Shown here piece after piece: positions 1 to 11,239 of a stretch of DNA of 64,000 bases. The notes below the pieces were generated by a model, which was not told where the DNA came from, did not search any database, and saw only the letters and a program-made list of their open reading frames with translations. Every line of letters begins with the position of its first letter. Position 1 is the stretch's first letter. The stretch covers positions 34,038,001 through 34,102,000 of the forward strand of contig NC_091997.1 of NCBI RefSeq assembly GCF_044704955.1. The letters run 5' to 3'. Position numbers and translations under genes: made by a program. Source of the DNA: Pristiophorus japonicus (Eukaryota).

Positions 1-210
1 GATGATCGGCCCAGAGCCAACCTCCGGGGGAAAGTGAGGTCGGACAGAGCCGAAACAAACTGGAGAGGTCCAGCCATCACCGCGAGAGTCCTTGCTTGGG
101 CTGTGCCCAGGGCTGGGACTCCTGCGCTCACTGAATCTCAAACCTCCCGCGGGCCCAGATCTCAGCGTCTCGCTCAGGCACCCCCCTCCCCCCCTCCCCG
201 GACAATGTCG

Positions 211-843
211 TCATCATCATCATCATAGGCACTCCCTCGGAATCGAGGAAGACTTGCTTCCACTCTTAATAGGAGTCCTTACGTGGCTGAACAGTCCAAT
301 ATGAGAACCATATTCCCTGTCAGAGGTGGGACAGACAGTCGTTGAGGGAAAGGGTGGGTGGGACAGGTTTGCCGCACGCTCTTTCCGCTGCCTGCGCTTG
401 ATTTCTGCATGCTCGCGGCGATGAGACTCGAGGTGCTCAGCGCCCTCCCGGATGCACTTCCTCCACTTAGGGCGGTCTTTGGCCAGGGACTCCCAGGTGT
501 CAGTGGGGTTGTTGCACTTTTTCAGGGAGGCTTTGAGGGTGTCCTTGTAACGTTTCCTCTGTCCACCTTTGGCTCGTTTGCCGTGAAGGAGTTCCGAGTA
601 GAGCGCTTGCTTTGGGAGTCTCGAATCTGGCATGCGAACTATGTGGCCTGCCCAGCGGAGCTGATCGAGTGTGGTCAGTGCTTCAATGCTGGGGATGTTG
701 GCCTGAATGAGGACGCTGATGTTGGTGCGTCTGTCCTCCCAGGGGATTTGTAGGATCTTGCGGAGACATCGTTGGTGCTATTTCTCCAGAGACTTGATGT
801 GTCTACTGTACACGGTCCATGTCTGTGAGCCACACAGGAGGAC
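211..843 (-). mobile_element. RTE-clade LINE, 3' fragment
   Basis: ORF 223..633 (MPDSRLPKQALYSEL..GKR..GGQRKRYKDTLK..W) is the typical RTE C-terminus; ends in a (GAT)n tail. Confidence 0.9.
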
Positions 844-1159
844 AATGTGTGTAGTGACTCGAAGCCGAGCAGAGCGAGACGTGCTCGCCAGCGCCACCCA
901 GTGAAGCAGCGAGGAGCTGCAGCGAGGAGTGACTCCCTAGGTCCCAGCCTTGCTGCTCAGTACGGTCGGGGGGAGCGGGAGAGGGAGGGGCCCGGTGAGG
1001 CCTTTTCTAAATAAACCAGCACGGGGACACTGGGATGCTCCAGTGCCTTCAAACAAAAAACAAGCAAAAGTTGCCCCCTATTGAGAAGGGCACAACTCAT
1101 AAAGAATTAAATCATTAGATAAAATATAGCTTCTGTGGCCTTTTACGCCTCCTCTGGAC

Positions 1160-1440
1160 CCATCACTTGCCCCATTACTGTCTCCGTTTGCCTTGCACCC
1201 TCACCCCTTGTCATTTAACCTCTCCTGCCTCCCATCCAATCACAGACCTTCCCGTTTGTTCTTTCTTCCCCTCCCCCTTTCCCTGCCTCTGCACTTGTTT
1301 AAAAATCCGCTATATCTCTAACATTATCCCGTTGTAACGAAGGGTCATCGACCTGAAACGTTTTCTCCATCTCTTCTCTCTCCACAGACACTGCCTGACC
1401 TGCTCAGTGTTGCCAGCATTTTCTGTTTTTATTTCCTTGA
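1160..1440 (+). mobile_element. Penelope-like element terminal (pLTR) remnant with degenerate hammerhead core
   Basis: ..acga-agggtc-atc-gacct-gaaacgtt..ctctccacagacactgcctgacctgct; related pieces recur at 29478-29530, 30430-30510 and 31960-32030. Confidence 0.6.
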
Positions 1441-1554
1441 AATCCGGAAACTTGCACTGGACGCTTAAATGATATTGTTTCTGATGGCCACTCAGCCCTC
1501 CAGTCCCTACGGTTAATTTGAGGGTGCCTGGGATTCCAAGCAATCTCCCAGAAC

Positions 1555-1762
1555 ATGGGGGATAACTCCCCTGCTCTTCTTCAAAATTCATCCACCTGGG
1601 AGGCCACCGACTCTAACATTGGTTTAACGTCTCGTCCGAAAGGCAGCACTGCACTGGGAGTGTCAGCCTAGATTTATGTGCTCGAGTCCTTGGAGTGGGA
1701 CTTGAACCCACAACCTTCTGGCTCAGAGACGAGAGTGCTGCCCACTGAGCCACGGCTGACAC
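1555..1762 (-). mobile_element. tRNA-derived DeuSINE (SacSINE1-like), internally deleted
   Basis: A/B-box head (tggctcagtgg..ggttcaagtcc) shared with the other copies in the window. Confidence 0.8.
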
Positions 1763-1819
1763 TTAATGTGATGTATCATGTGTAACAATGGTCGCCTCGT
1801 GTTTTGCCTCAGTTTTTTT

Positions 1820-2345
1820 CCTAACTCGCACCAAGTCCCGCTCACCCATCACTCCTGTGCCCCACTCACCCATCACCCCTGTGCCCCGCTCACCCATCAC
1901 CCCCTGTGCTCGCTGACCTACATTGGTTCTCAGTCCGGCAACACCTTGACTTTAAAATTCTCTTCCTTATTTTCAAATCCCTCCATGGCCTCACCCCTCC
2001 CTATCTCTGTAAGCTCCTCCAGCTCCACAACCCCCCAAGATCGCTGCGCTCCTCTAATTCTGCCCTCTTGAGCATCCCAGATTATAATCGCTCAACTATT
2101 GGTGGCCGTGCCTTCTGTTGCCTGGGCTCCAAGCTCTGGAACTCCCTCCCTAAACCTCTCCACCTGTCTACCTCTCTCTCCTCCTTTAAGACGCTCTTTA
2201 AAACCGACCTCTTTGACCAAGCTTTGGTCACCTGCCTGAATATCTCCTTATGCGACACGGTGTGAAATTTTGTCTGATTACACGCCTGTGAGGCACCTTG
2301 GGATGTTTTACTATATTTAAGGTGCTATCTAATTGTTGAAGTTGT
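1820..2345 (+). mobile_element. L2-type LINE 3' fragment
   Basis: Translates as ..ITPVLADLHW..FKIL..GGRAF..LWNSLP; tail aggtgctat..ttgttg. Confidence 0.8.
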
Positions 2346-2609
2346 CTAGTTTGGTTTCCCTCCCCAGGAAATACCATTACCAATGGTTTGGGAGGGGAGA
2401 ACAAAGTTGCACCATCTAATGAACAGGGGGACTTTGATGGGCTTGTATACAAGGAGATATATGTGTAATCTTTAAATTGATTCTTGGGATGTGAGCATCG
2501 CTGCCCACCCCTAATTGCCCCGAGCAGGTGGTGGTGGTGAGCCGATCCTTGAACCACTGAATTATTTGTAGCGGTTTGTTAGTAGACTCACACCCTCCAA
2601 GTAATGAGT

Positions 2610-4910
2610 GACCTCCCTATTCTTCCTTCCCAAATATGATACCTCACATTTATCTGTGTTGAACGTCATTTGCCAATTATATGCTCATTCTGCAAGTTTA
2701 TTAATGTCCTCCTGTAATTTGTTGCAGTCCTCCTCAGTATTGACTATTTCCCCAATTTGGTGTCATCCGCAAATTTAGAAATTGTGTTTTTGATTCCAAA
2801 GTCTAAACCGTTAATATAAATTGTGAACAGCAGTGTTCCCAGCACTGATCCTTGTGGAACACCACTACCCACCTTCTGCCACTGTGAATAGTTACCCTTT
2901 ACCCCTACTCTCTGCTTTCTGTCTTGAAGCCGGCAAGCCATCCATTCTGCTACATGACCCCTGACTCTGCATTCTCTGACCTTGTTCATCAGTCTATTAT
3001 GGGGCACCTTAATGAAGGCCTTTTGAAAATCTAGATACATTACATCTACTGCATTACCCTTGTCTACTCTCTCTGTTACCTCTTCAAAACATTCACTGAA
3101 GTTGGTCAAGCAAGACTTTCCATTTTGAAATCCATGCTGACTATTCATTATTATATTTTTGGTTTCTAGATGTAGGGTTTCTCCTTTTGTAGGGTTTCCA
3201 TTATTTTTCCGACCGCCAATGTTAAGCTGACTGGTCTATAATTCCCTGGACATGTTCTAGCTCCCTTTCTTAAATATAGGTATTACATTAGCTATCCGCC
3301 AGTACTCTGGCACTACACCTTGTACTAATGAATTATTAAATATGTGAAGTAATCTTCTCTAGATTCTTTTAAAATGCGTGGATGTAATCCATCCGGACCA
3401 GAGGTTTGAGTTTGATTAGTTTGTTTAATGTATCCCCGCTTTTTATTTTAAATGCACCTATCTCATTACTCATCTCATCATCCAATGTCATGCCCACCTG
3501 TTCTATCTCCCTGGTAAACACTGAAGCAAAATAATGATTTAATATTTCTGCCATCTCTCTATCGTTACCTGTGGTATTATCCTGTCTATCCGTTAAAGGC
3601 CCTATTCCCATCCCACCCTGCCTTTTTTATTGATGTGTTTGTAAAATATTTTACTATTTTGTTTTATGTTCCTTGATAATTTAATTTCAGAGTTCCTCTC
3701 TGCCCTCTTAATTGTTTTTAACTTCTCTCCTAATCCCTTCATATTCTCCCTTATCATGTACTCCCCTGCTGTCTATATATTTAATGGATGCCTCTTTCCT
3801 TACCCTCAATTGTTCCCTTATGGCTTTATTCATCCATGGAGTCTCATTAATGTTTAGTTTGTTCTTTCCTTTAGTGGAATATATTGTTCCTGCACTCTGT
3901 TGAACACCGTTTTAAATGTTTCCTATTGCTGCTCTACATTGTGGTTTGTCAGTATTGTTGCCCATTTTATTTTCCCAAGTTCCATTCTCAGCCCCTCAAA
4001 ATCAGCCTTTCCCCAATCTATTACCCTTGGTTTTTGTCATATAATATCCGTCTCAATTATCATCGTAAAGCGTATTATATTATGGTCACTATTGCCTAGA
4101 TGTTCCCCTACTTTTACTTCTCTTATCTGCTCTGGTTCATTCCCCATTACTAAATCCAATAGCGAATCCTCCCTTGTTGGGCTTTTTACATACTGGGTTA
4201 GAAAGGAGTCCTGTATACATTGTAGGAACTCAATTCCTTTATCCCCTTTACCTACCTCTTCTGTTCAATTAATATCGGGGTAGTTGAAATCCCCCATAAT
4301 TATTATTCTATGTTTTTTACTCATTTCTGTAATTTGTCTGCATATTTCTTCCTCCACTTCCCTCCACTATTGGGTAGTCTGTAGACTACACTAACTAGTG
4401 TGATTGATCCTTTATTATCTTTTATCTTTATCCTTATGGATTCTATTTTTGTCTTGCTGATAGCTGCCATTATGTTAATCCTAATAAGTGCAGGTACTCC
4501 ACCTCCCCTTTTCCCCTCTCTATCTTTTCTAAATATGTATTACCCTGCAATGTTTGATTCCCAGTCCTGATTTTTCTGTAGCCATGTCTCAGTAATCCCT
4601 ACTATGTCTGGTTCCTCGCAATGCATGATTGCCTCCAGCTTCCCTGTTTTATTACGGACGCTGTGTGCATTGCTGTACAAGCAGTTTAACTCATTTTTAA
4701 TAGAATGTCCTCTCTTACTTTCTTCTTTCCTAAGCTCTCTTTTCCTGTTTTGTTTATATTTAGGCTGATTACGTATCTTGTAGATGCCTCTCCCCATATT
4801 ACTAGTTTAAAGCCTTTACCACCTCCCTATTTACCCTCTCTGCTGGGACACGGATCCCATCCCGATTTAGGTGGAGCTTGTCCCTTCGGTTCAGCTCCGT
4901 CCTGTCCCAG
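2610..4910 (-). mobile_element. Degraded CR1 LINE (ORF1 end, APE endonuclease and RT)
   Basis: ORFs 2744..3148 ([35 protein letters not shown]), 3369..3611 and 4540..4797 (CLYSNA.S..NK..DIVGITETW). Confidence 0.9.
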
Positions 4911-5054
4911 AACTGGGTTATGGTTAGGGTTAGGGTTAGGTTCTCCTCCAGAGAAAAGAACCCTGGCCCGTTCAGTCTTCCCGGATCGGTATAACCTCTC
5001 AGTTCTGGTATCATCCTAGTAAATCTTTTTTGCACCTTCACCACTGGCTGCAGA

Positions 5055-5930
5055 AAAGAGAAAAACTTGCATTTATATAGCGCCTTTCACAACCTCAGCA
5101 TGTCCCAAAGCGCTTTATAGACAATGAAGTACCGTCTTTGTTGTAATGTAGGAAACGCGGCAGCCAATTTGCACACAGCAAGCTCCCATAAACAGCAATG
5201 TGATGATGACCAGATCATCTGTTTTAGTGATGTTGGCTGAGGGATAAATATTGGCCCAGGACATCGGGGATAACTCCACTATTCGTCTTTGAAATAGTGC
5301 CATGGGATCTTTTACATCCGCCCAAGTGGAGAGGGTAAATAGGAAGGTGGTAAAGGCTTTAAACGAGTAATATGGGGGGGGGGGAGGGATCTACAAGAAA
5401 CGTTTAATGTCTCATTGGAAAGATGGCCCCTCCGACAGTGCGGCGCTCCCTCAGTACTGCCCCTCCGACAGTGCAGTGCTCCCTCAGTACTGCCCCTCCG
5501 TCAGTGCGCCGCTCCCTCAGTACTGCCCCTCCGACAGTGCAGCGCTCCCTCAGAACTGCCCCTCTAACAGTGCAGCGTTCCCTCAGTACTGTCCCTCCGA
5601 CAGCGCGGCTCTCCCTCAGTACTGCCCCTCTGACAGTGCGGTGCTCCCTCAGTACTGCCCCTCTGACAGTGCGGCATTCCCTCAGTACTGCCCCTCCGAC
5701 AGTGCGGCTCTCCCTCAGTACTGCCCCTCCGACACTGCAGCACTCCCTCAGTACTGCCCCTCTGACAGTGCGGCACACCCTCAGTACTGCCCCTCTGACA
5801 GTGTGGCATTCCCTCAGCACTGCACTGGGAGTGTTGGCCTGGATTATGTGCTCAAGTCCCTGGAGCGGGACTTGAACCCACAACCTTCTGACTCAGAGGT
5901 GGGAGTGCTGCCCATTGAGCCACGGCTGAC
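5055..5930 (-). mobile_element. SacSINE1-like DeuSINE with about 12 tandem copies of an internal 33-bp unit
   Basis: tRNA-like head at about 5860-5930, Deu-type core (..ggatgtaaaagatcccatggcactattt..), tail aggcgctatataaatgcaagt; array at 5428-5825. Confidence 0.88.
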
Positions 5931-6390
5931 CCCTGATGCGGGTGAAGCTCGATCACCCAAAGCCACACATTACTGCATGAAACAATGCTGAATTGTTCGG
6001 AGAGAGCGAGTTTTCCTCATTTGAAGAAATAAAGTCAAGGCAGCGAAGGATGTGATTGAAGATTGTGATGAAGATTAGATATCTTTAAGATTTCGCTGTC
6101 CGCTGGTTCTTTAATAACTGTTATATTCGCTTTCTGTGCCTGTGAAGATTTGTCAGAATCTAATTTGAATTGTGACCATTTGTGGAGCAGGAATGTGAGT
6201 GCCCGGTGCTCTGTCACACTGAGAGTTAATGGGAGAGATCGGGCTCAGAGACACACTGTTTCAGAGAAGCTGTGAAGCTCTGACTGTTTTAATTAAAGCC
6301 GTTGTATTGTTTCTGACCTGCCGCTCGGCTCCGAGTGCGTTCTCACCCACTGTTATTCCTTATTGCCATTAGCTTCCCCAACCTCTGCAA

Positions 6391-7125
6391 GAACATAAGA
6401 AATAGGAGCAGGAGTCGGCCATTTGGCCCCTCGAGCCTGCTCCGCCATTCAATAAGATCATGGCTGATCTGATCTTGGCCTCAACTCCACTTCCCCGCCC
6501 ACTCCCCATAACCCTTGACTCCTTTATCGTTCAAAAATCTGTCTATCTCCACCTTAAATATATTCAATGACCCAGCCTCCACAGCTCTCTGAGGCAGATT
6601 CACGACCCTCTGGGAGAAGAAATTCCTCCTCATCTCGTTTTAAATGGGTGCCCCCTTATTCTGAAACTATGCCCCCTAGTTCTAGATTCCCCCACGAGGG
6701 GAAACATCCTCTCTGCATCTACCCTGTCGAGCCCCCTCAGAATATTATAGGTTTCAATAAGATCATCTTAACTCCAATGAGTATAGGCCCAACCTGCTCA
6801 ACCTTTCTTCATAAGTCAACCCTCTCATATCTGGAATCAACCAAGTGAACCTTCTCTGAACAGCCTCCAAAGCAAGTATATCCTTCCTTAAATAATGAGA
6901 CCAAAACTGTACGCAGTACTCCACACAGGATTACACGGGGTATACAGCACAGAAACAGGCCATTCGGCCCAACCAGTCCATGCCGGCATTTATGCTCCAC
7001 TCGAGCCTCCTCATGTCTTTCCTCATCTAAATCTATCAGCATAACCCTCTATTCCCTTCTCCCTCATATACTTGTCCAGCCTCCCCTTAAATGCATCGAT
7101 ACTATTCGCCTCAACCACTCCCTGG
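6391..7125 (-). mobile_element. Two adjacent CR1 3' fragments
   Basis: CR1 tail (cctgctcctatttcttatgttct) and RT C-terminal remnants. Confidence 0.85.
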
Positions 7126-7335
7126 CCAATATTTATCCCTCAATCAACATAAAAAAAAACAGATTCTCTGGTCATTATCACATTGCTGTTTGTGGGAGCT
7201 TGCTGTGCGCAAATTGTCTGCTGCGTTTCCCACATTACAACAGTGACTACACTCCAAAAGTATTTCATTGGCCAGAAAGCGCTTTGGGACGCCCGGAGGT
7301 CGTGAAAGGCGCTATATAAATGCAAGTCTTTCTTT
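7125..7335 (+). mobile_element. SacSINE1-like 3' half
   Basis: Matches the core and tail of the other SINE copies. Confidence 0.8.
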
Positions 7336-7344
7336 CTTATGGCA

Positions 7345-7670
7345 AGTTCCACATTCTCACCACTCTCTGGGTAAAGAAGTTTCTCCTGAATTCCCCATTG
7401 GATTTCTTGGTGATTATCTTATATTGATGGCCTCTAGTTATGCTCTTCCCCACAAGTGGAAACATTCTCTCTGTATCCACTCTATCAAAACCTTTCATCA
7501 TTTTAAAGACCTCTATTAGGTCACCCCTCAACCTTCTCTGTTCAAGAGAAAAGAGACCCAGCCTGTTCATCCTTTCCTGATATGTATACCCTCGCATTTC
7601 TGGTATTATCCTTGTAAATCTTCTCTGCACCCTCTCCAGTGCCTCCATATCCTTTTTAACAATATGGTGA
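7345..7670 (-). mobile_element. CR1 RT C-terminal fragment
   Basis: ORF 7337..7648 LERVQRRFTR..LFSLEQRRLRGDLIEVFK..RRNFFTQRVV. Confidence 0.9.
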
Positions 7671-7681
7671 CTTTTCCTGGC

Positions 7682-7955
7682 TGTAATGTATTTGCTTCAT
7701 GGGTTCTTTGCTTGAGAATTCATCGCAACACATTGCTATTAAGAACGAGTTGGTTTATTAACAAAGGTTTAACAATCACACGACACATTACCAGTTCATC
7801 CACCAGGCTCACAACCACCTGCCCCATCGTGGATCCCCCGAATCCAACGGTCTGGGGTTTTATTGAGTCTTGTGAACATCGTGTGACTGGCTGAGCCACT
7901 CACAATGCAACAGCTCCACCAACCTATGAGCATACTCACAGGTGTCTACATTACA
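7682..7955 (-). mobile_element. Solo LTR (274 bp)
   Basis: TG...CA ends with a perfect 9-bp inverted repeat TGTAATGTA/TACATTACA; flanks ctggc/ctggg (5-bp TSD, 1 mismatch); AATAAA on the minus strand. Confidence 0.75.
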
Positions 7956-8259
7956 CTGGGGTACAGATCTTGCTCTCACCTCCCGCAGTACCTCATCCAC
8001 TCTTCATGTGACAGCGAGCCTGGGCTGGCTATTCAACCACTGGGGAATCACAGGCAAGCCTAAATGCCTGCCCTGCCCGTGCATGTGCAGTGGGGAGGGA
8101 GTCAGGAGCCCAGTCCGAGTTCTGCATTTACAATCAGGACATTGGGCGGTGGAGGTGGGAGGAGCTTGTTGTGTTTTATGGGAAAGGTCAGAATAGTGAA
8201 CCCTGAGACAGTGTGAGGTAACGAGGAGTGAAGGCATCTTTGAAGCTGAAGTGGGCTGT

Positions 8260-8600
8260 AGAATGATAGCACAGGAGGAAGCCATTCGGCCCATCATGCC
8301 TGTGCCAGCTTTGTGACAGAGCGATCCAATCAGTCCCACTCCCCCACTCTTTCCCCACGGCCCGGCAAATTTATCTCCTTCAAGTATTTATCCAATTCCC
8401 CGTTTGAAAGTCACGATTGAATCTGCTCCCACCGCCCTTTCAGGCAGCGCGTTCCTGATCACAACAACTCGCTGCGTAAAATTTAATTCTCCTCATCTCC
8501 CCTCTGCCAATCTTTGCCAATCGCCTTCAATCTGTGTCCCTCTGGTTACCGAGCCTCCCGCCACTGGGAACAGTTTCTGCTTATTTACTCCATCAAATCC
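8260..8600 (-). mobile_element. CR1 3' end fragment
   Basis: CR1 3' UTR motif (gatgggccgaatggc..ctgtgct). Confidence 0.75.
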
Positions 8601-8669
8601 ATGTGTGTAGGTAAACACCCCAATATCATAACTAAAAAGTATGTTACCATAGCAGCCATGGTTCATGTT

Positions 8670-8870
8670 TCTGTGTCTGTGTGTGTGTGAGTGCGTGTCT
8701 GTGTGTATTTGTTTGTCTCTGTGTCTGTGTATGATTCTGTCAGTGGATACGTGTGTGGGTCAGTTTGTGTGTCTGTGTGGGTGCGTGTGTCTGGGTGTGT
8801 GTATATGTGCGTGAGTGTGTGTATGTGTATGTGTGTGTGTATGAGTGTGTGTGTGTGTATGTCTCTGTGG
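8670..8870. repeat. Imperfect (TG)n microsatellite
   Basis: Directly visible. Confidence 0.95.
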
Positions 8871-9390
8871 GTGATTGATTTAAACTCCTCTCTGTATGAG
8901 ACAGAGACAGTGTGGTGTAATTGCTTGCTTGAAAAATTAATGGCACTTGAAAGAAGCCAGACACTACAGTCCCATCAAGCCTTCAACTGACGGGAGCTGA
9001 TGGGATGAAAGACCAGTTTGCTAATGGTGTTCCCAGCCAGCACAGGCTCTGCGCTATCACAGTACGTGTGGCTGTCTGTGAGATTCTCTACCTCTGAGAA
9101 CATCAGGCATTGTTCCAGATAATTATCTCTTTTTATCAAGTTAAAGTCTTTTCTCCCCTCTCTTTTATTGCTAATTTTCTCTAATCCATTCCTGCAGGCT
9201 CTGACGCCTCGCTGGCGAACAATTTAAAGGCTCTTCCTCCAGCAACTCACCACTTGTCCATCCATCATCTCTGAGCTTCGACACTGATTGACTATTCAAA
9301 TACAGAAGGCATCACAGTCAAGCTCCATCTTATCCTGCTTGACATCCGTACACTCGCTTCCAGCACAGGTTTTGTTGAAGTGAGAAGCAG

Positions 9391-10340
9391 TGTCAGCCAT
9401 GGCTCAGTGAGCGTGTGGCAAATCTGTCCCATCCTCCCCTTCCCTCAACGACTATCTGCCCCACCTGTGACAGAGACTGTGGTTCTCGTATTGGACTGTT
9501 CAGCCACCTAAGAACTCATGTTAAGATGGAAGCAAGTCTTCCTCGATTCCGAGGGACTGCCTATGATGATGATGTTGAGTGTGCAGCACTCTCGCCTCTG
9601 AGTCAGAAGGTTGTGTGTTCAAGTCCCACTCCAGAGACTTGAGCACATAATCCAGGCTGACACTCCAGTGCAGTGCTGAGGGAGCGCTGCACTGTCGGAG
9701 GGGCAGTACTGAGGGAACGCCGCACTGTCAGAGGGGCAGCGCTGAGGGAGTGCCGCACTGTCGGAGGGGCAGTGCTGAGGGGGCACCACACTGTCGGAGG
9801 GGCAGTGCTGAGGGAGTGCTGCACTGTCGGAGGGGAGTACTGAGGGAGCGCTGCACTGTCGGAGGGGCAGTACTGCACTGTCGGAGGGGCAATGAGGGAG
9901 TGCTGCACTGTCGGAAGGGCAATGAGGGAGTGCTGCACTGTCGGAGGGGCAGTACTGAGGGAGTGCTGCACTGTCGGAGGGGCAGTACTGAGGGAGCGCT
10001 ACACTGTCGGAGGGGCCATCTTTCAGATGAGACGTTAAACCGAGGCCCCGTCTGCTCTCTCAGGTGGATGTAAAAGATCCCATGGCACTCTTTCAAAGAA
10101 GAGCAGGGGAGTTACCAGTGTCCTGGGGCTAATATTTATCCCTCAATCACCACCGTTAAAACAGATAATCTGGTCATTATCTCATTGCTGTTTGTGGGAG
10201 CTTGCTGTGCGTAAATTGACGTGACTGCTGCGTTTCCCATATTACAACAGTGACTGCTCTCCACAAATACTTCATTGGTTGTAAAGCGCTTTGGGACGTC
10301 CTGAGCTGGTGAAAGGCGCTATATAAATGCTTTATTTTTC
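9391..10340 (+). mobile_element. SacSINE1-like SINE with a 33-bp array, interrupted in its head by a short RTE 3' end (about 9410-9575)
   Basis: Head split between ggctcagt and gcagcactctcgcc; array at about 9670-10015. Confidence 0.85.
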
Positions 10341-11089
10341 TTTCACTGCCTCCTACAGCAGCGAAAATGAAGTGAATGGTTTGAGTGGGGAAGGAAATCT
10401 CGCCACCCCCCCGAAAGATGACCCACAGGCCGGACATGTCCAGTGGCCCTAGTCGGGGGGCACAGAGCAGCTCATTTTTAGTGAAACATTACGGATGCTT
10501 GTCCAGAAACGCCTTGGGAAGGTGGCACTGCACTAAAGGCGCTATATAAATGTAAGTTGCTGTTGTGAGCCGAGAGGCCCGGGGTGTTGAGCCTGGAGTC
10601 AGTGGCCGCTCAGTATTGCAGCTGCCGGGGGCACTGGGCAATCTCAGACTGTTACAAACCATAAGCAGAGCCATTCATTGTTGCCAGGGCTAATCCGACA
10701 ACTGTCAGCTCCCAAATGAATGAGTTCCAAAAGAGAATGTGCTCCCCTGCGTGACGATAAGTGCCTGCGACTGGTCAATTAATTACCAGCCAGCGAAGAA
10801 GAAATCAATTCATAAGGTATTTCAGACTTGGTGATGCTTTTCATTACAGCCTGACAGCGGGTCCCCGCTACCTGCCCTCACACTTCATACTCCATCGCTG
10901 CTCATACTCCGTCTTCAGCTTTCCTGGCCTCTTGTGTCTGTGTCTGCTCTGAGCTTCGTCTCATTCTCTCTCTCTCTCTCTCTCGCTGCATGAACCACAG
11001 GGTCGGAGCAACAGCAGCCCAATCCCCAGTCAGCTCACTGCTGACATTACGTCCAGTGTCCCGGTTCATTCACCCCACCACCGCGCAGA

Positions 11090-11200
11090 CAATATGTGAA
11101 CCTCGTGCTCTGCTTTTTATAAATATATATCTTCCTCCTCCATTCTCTCCCCCTGCCCCCTCCCCTGCTGCACACCCTGACTGACGCTGAGTCACTGATC
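11090..11200 (-). promoter_or_regulatory. Candidate Pol II promoter: TATA box plus ARE/NF-E2 (AP-1) site
   Basis: Minus-strand TATAAAAAG at 11113-11121, G-rich tract, GTGACTCAGC at 11186-11195, all in non-repeat sequence. Confidence 0.35.
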
Positions 11201-11239
11201 CTTCACAACCTTGTCCAACTGGGAGGGCACAGTCACCTG

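Noticed and set aside
5428-5825. 33-bp palindromic repeat arrays resembling CRISPR repeats
   Set aside because: Units are head-to-tail with no unique spacers, there are no cas genes, and the arrays lie inside vertebrate SINEs
5404-5991. Repeat-protein ORFs (QYCPSDSAALP, LRECRTVGGAV, etc.) here and at other arrays
   Set aside because: Artefacts of a stop-free 33-nt unit open on both strands; no splice or coding evidence
8963-8982. ZNF143/Staf-like motif actacagtcccatcaagcc
   Set aside because: Spacing is one base short of ACTAYRNNNCCCR and there is no promoter context
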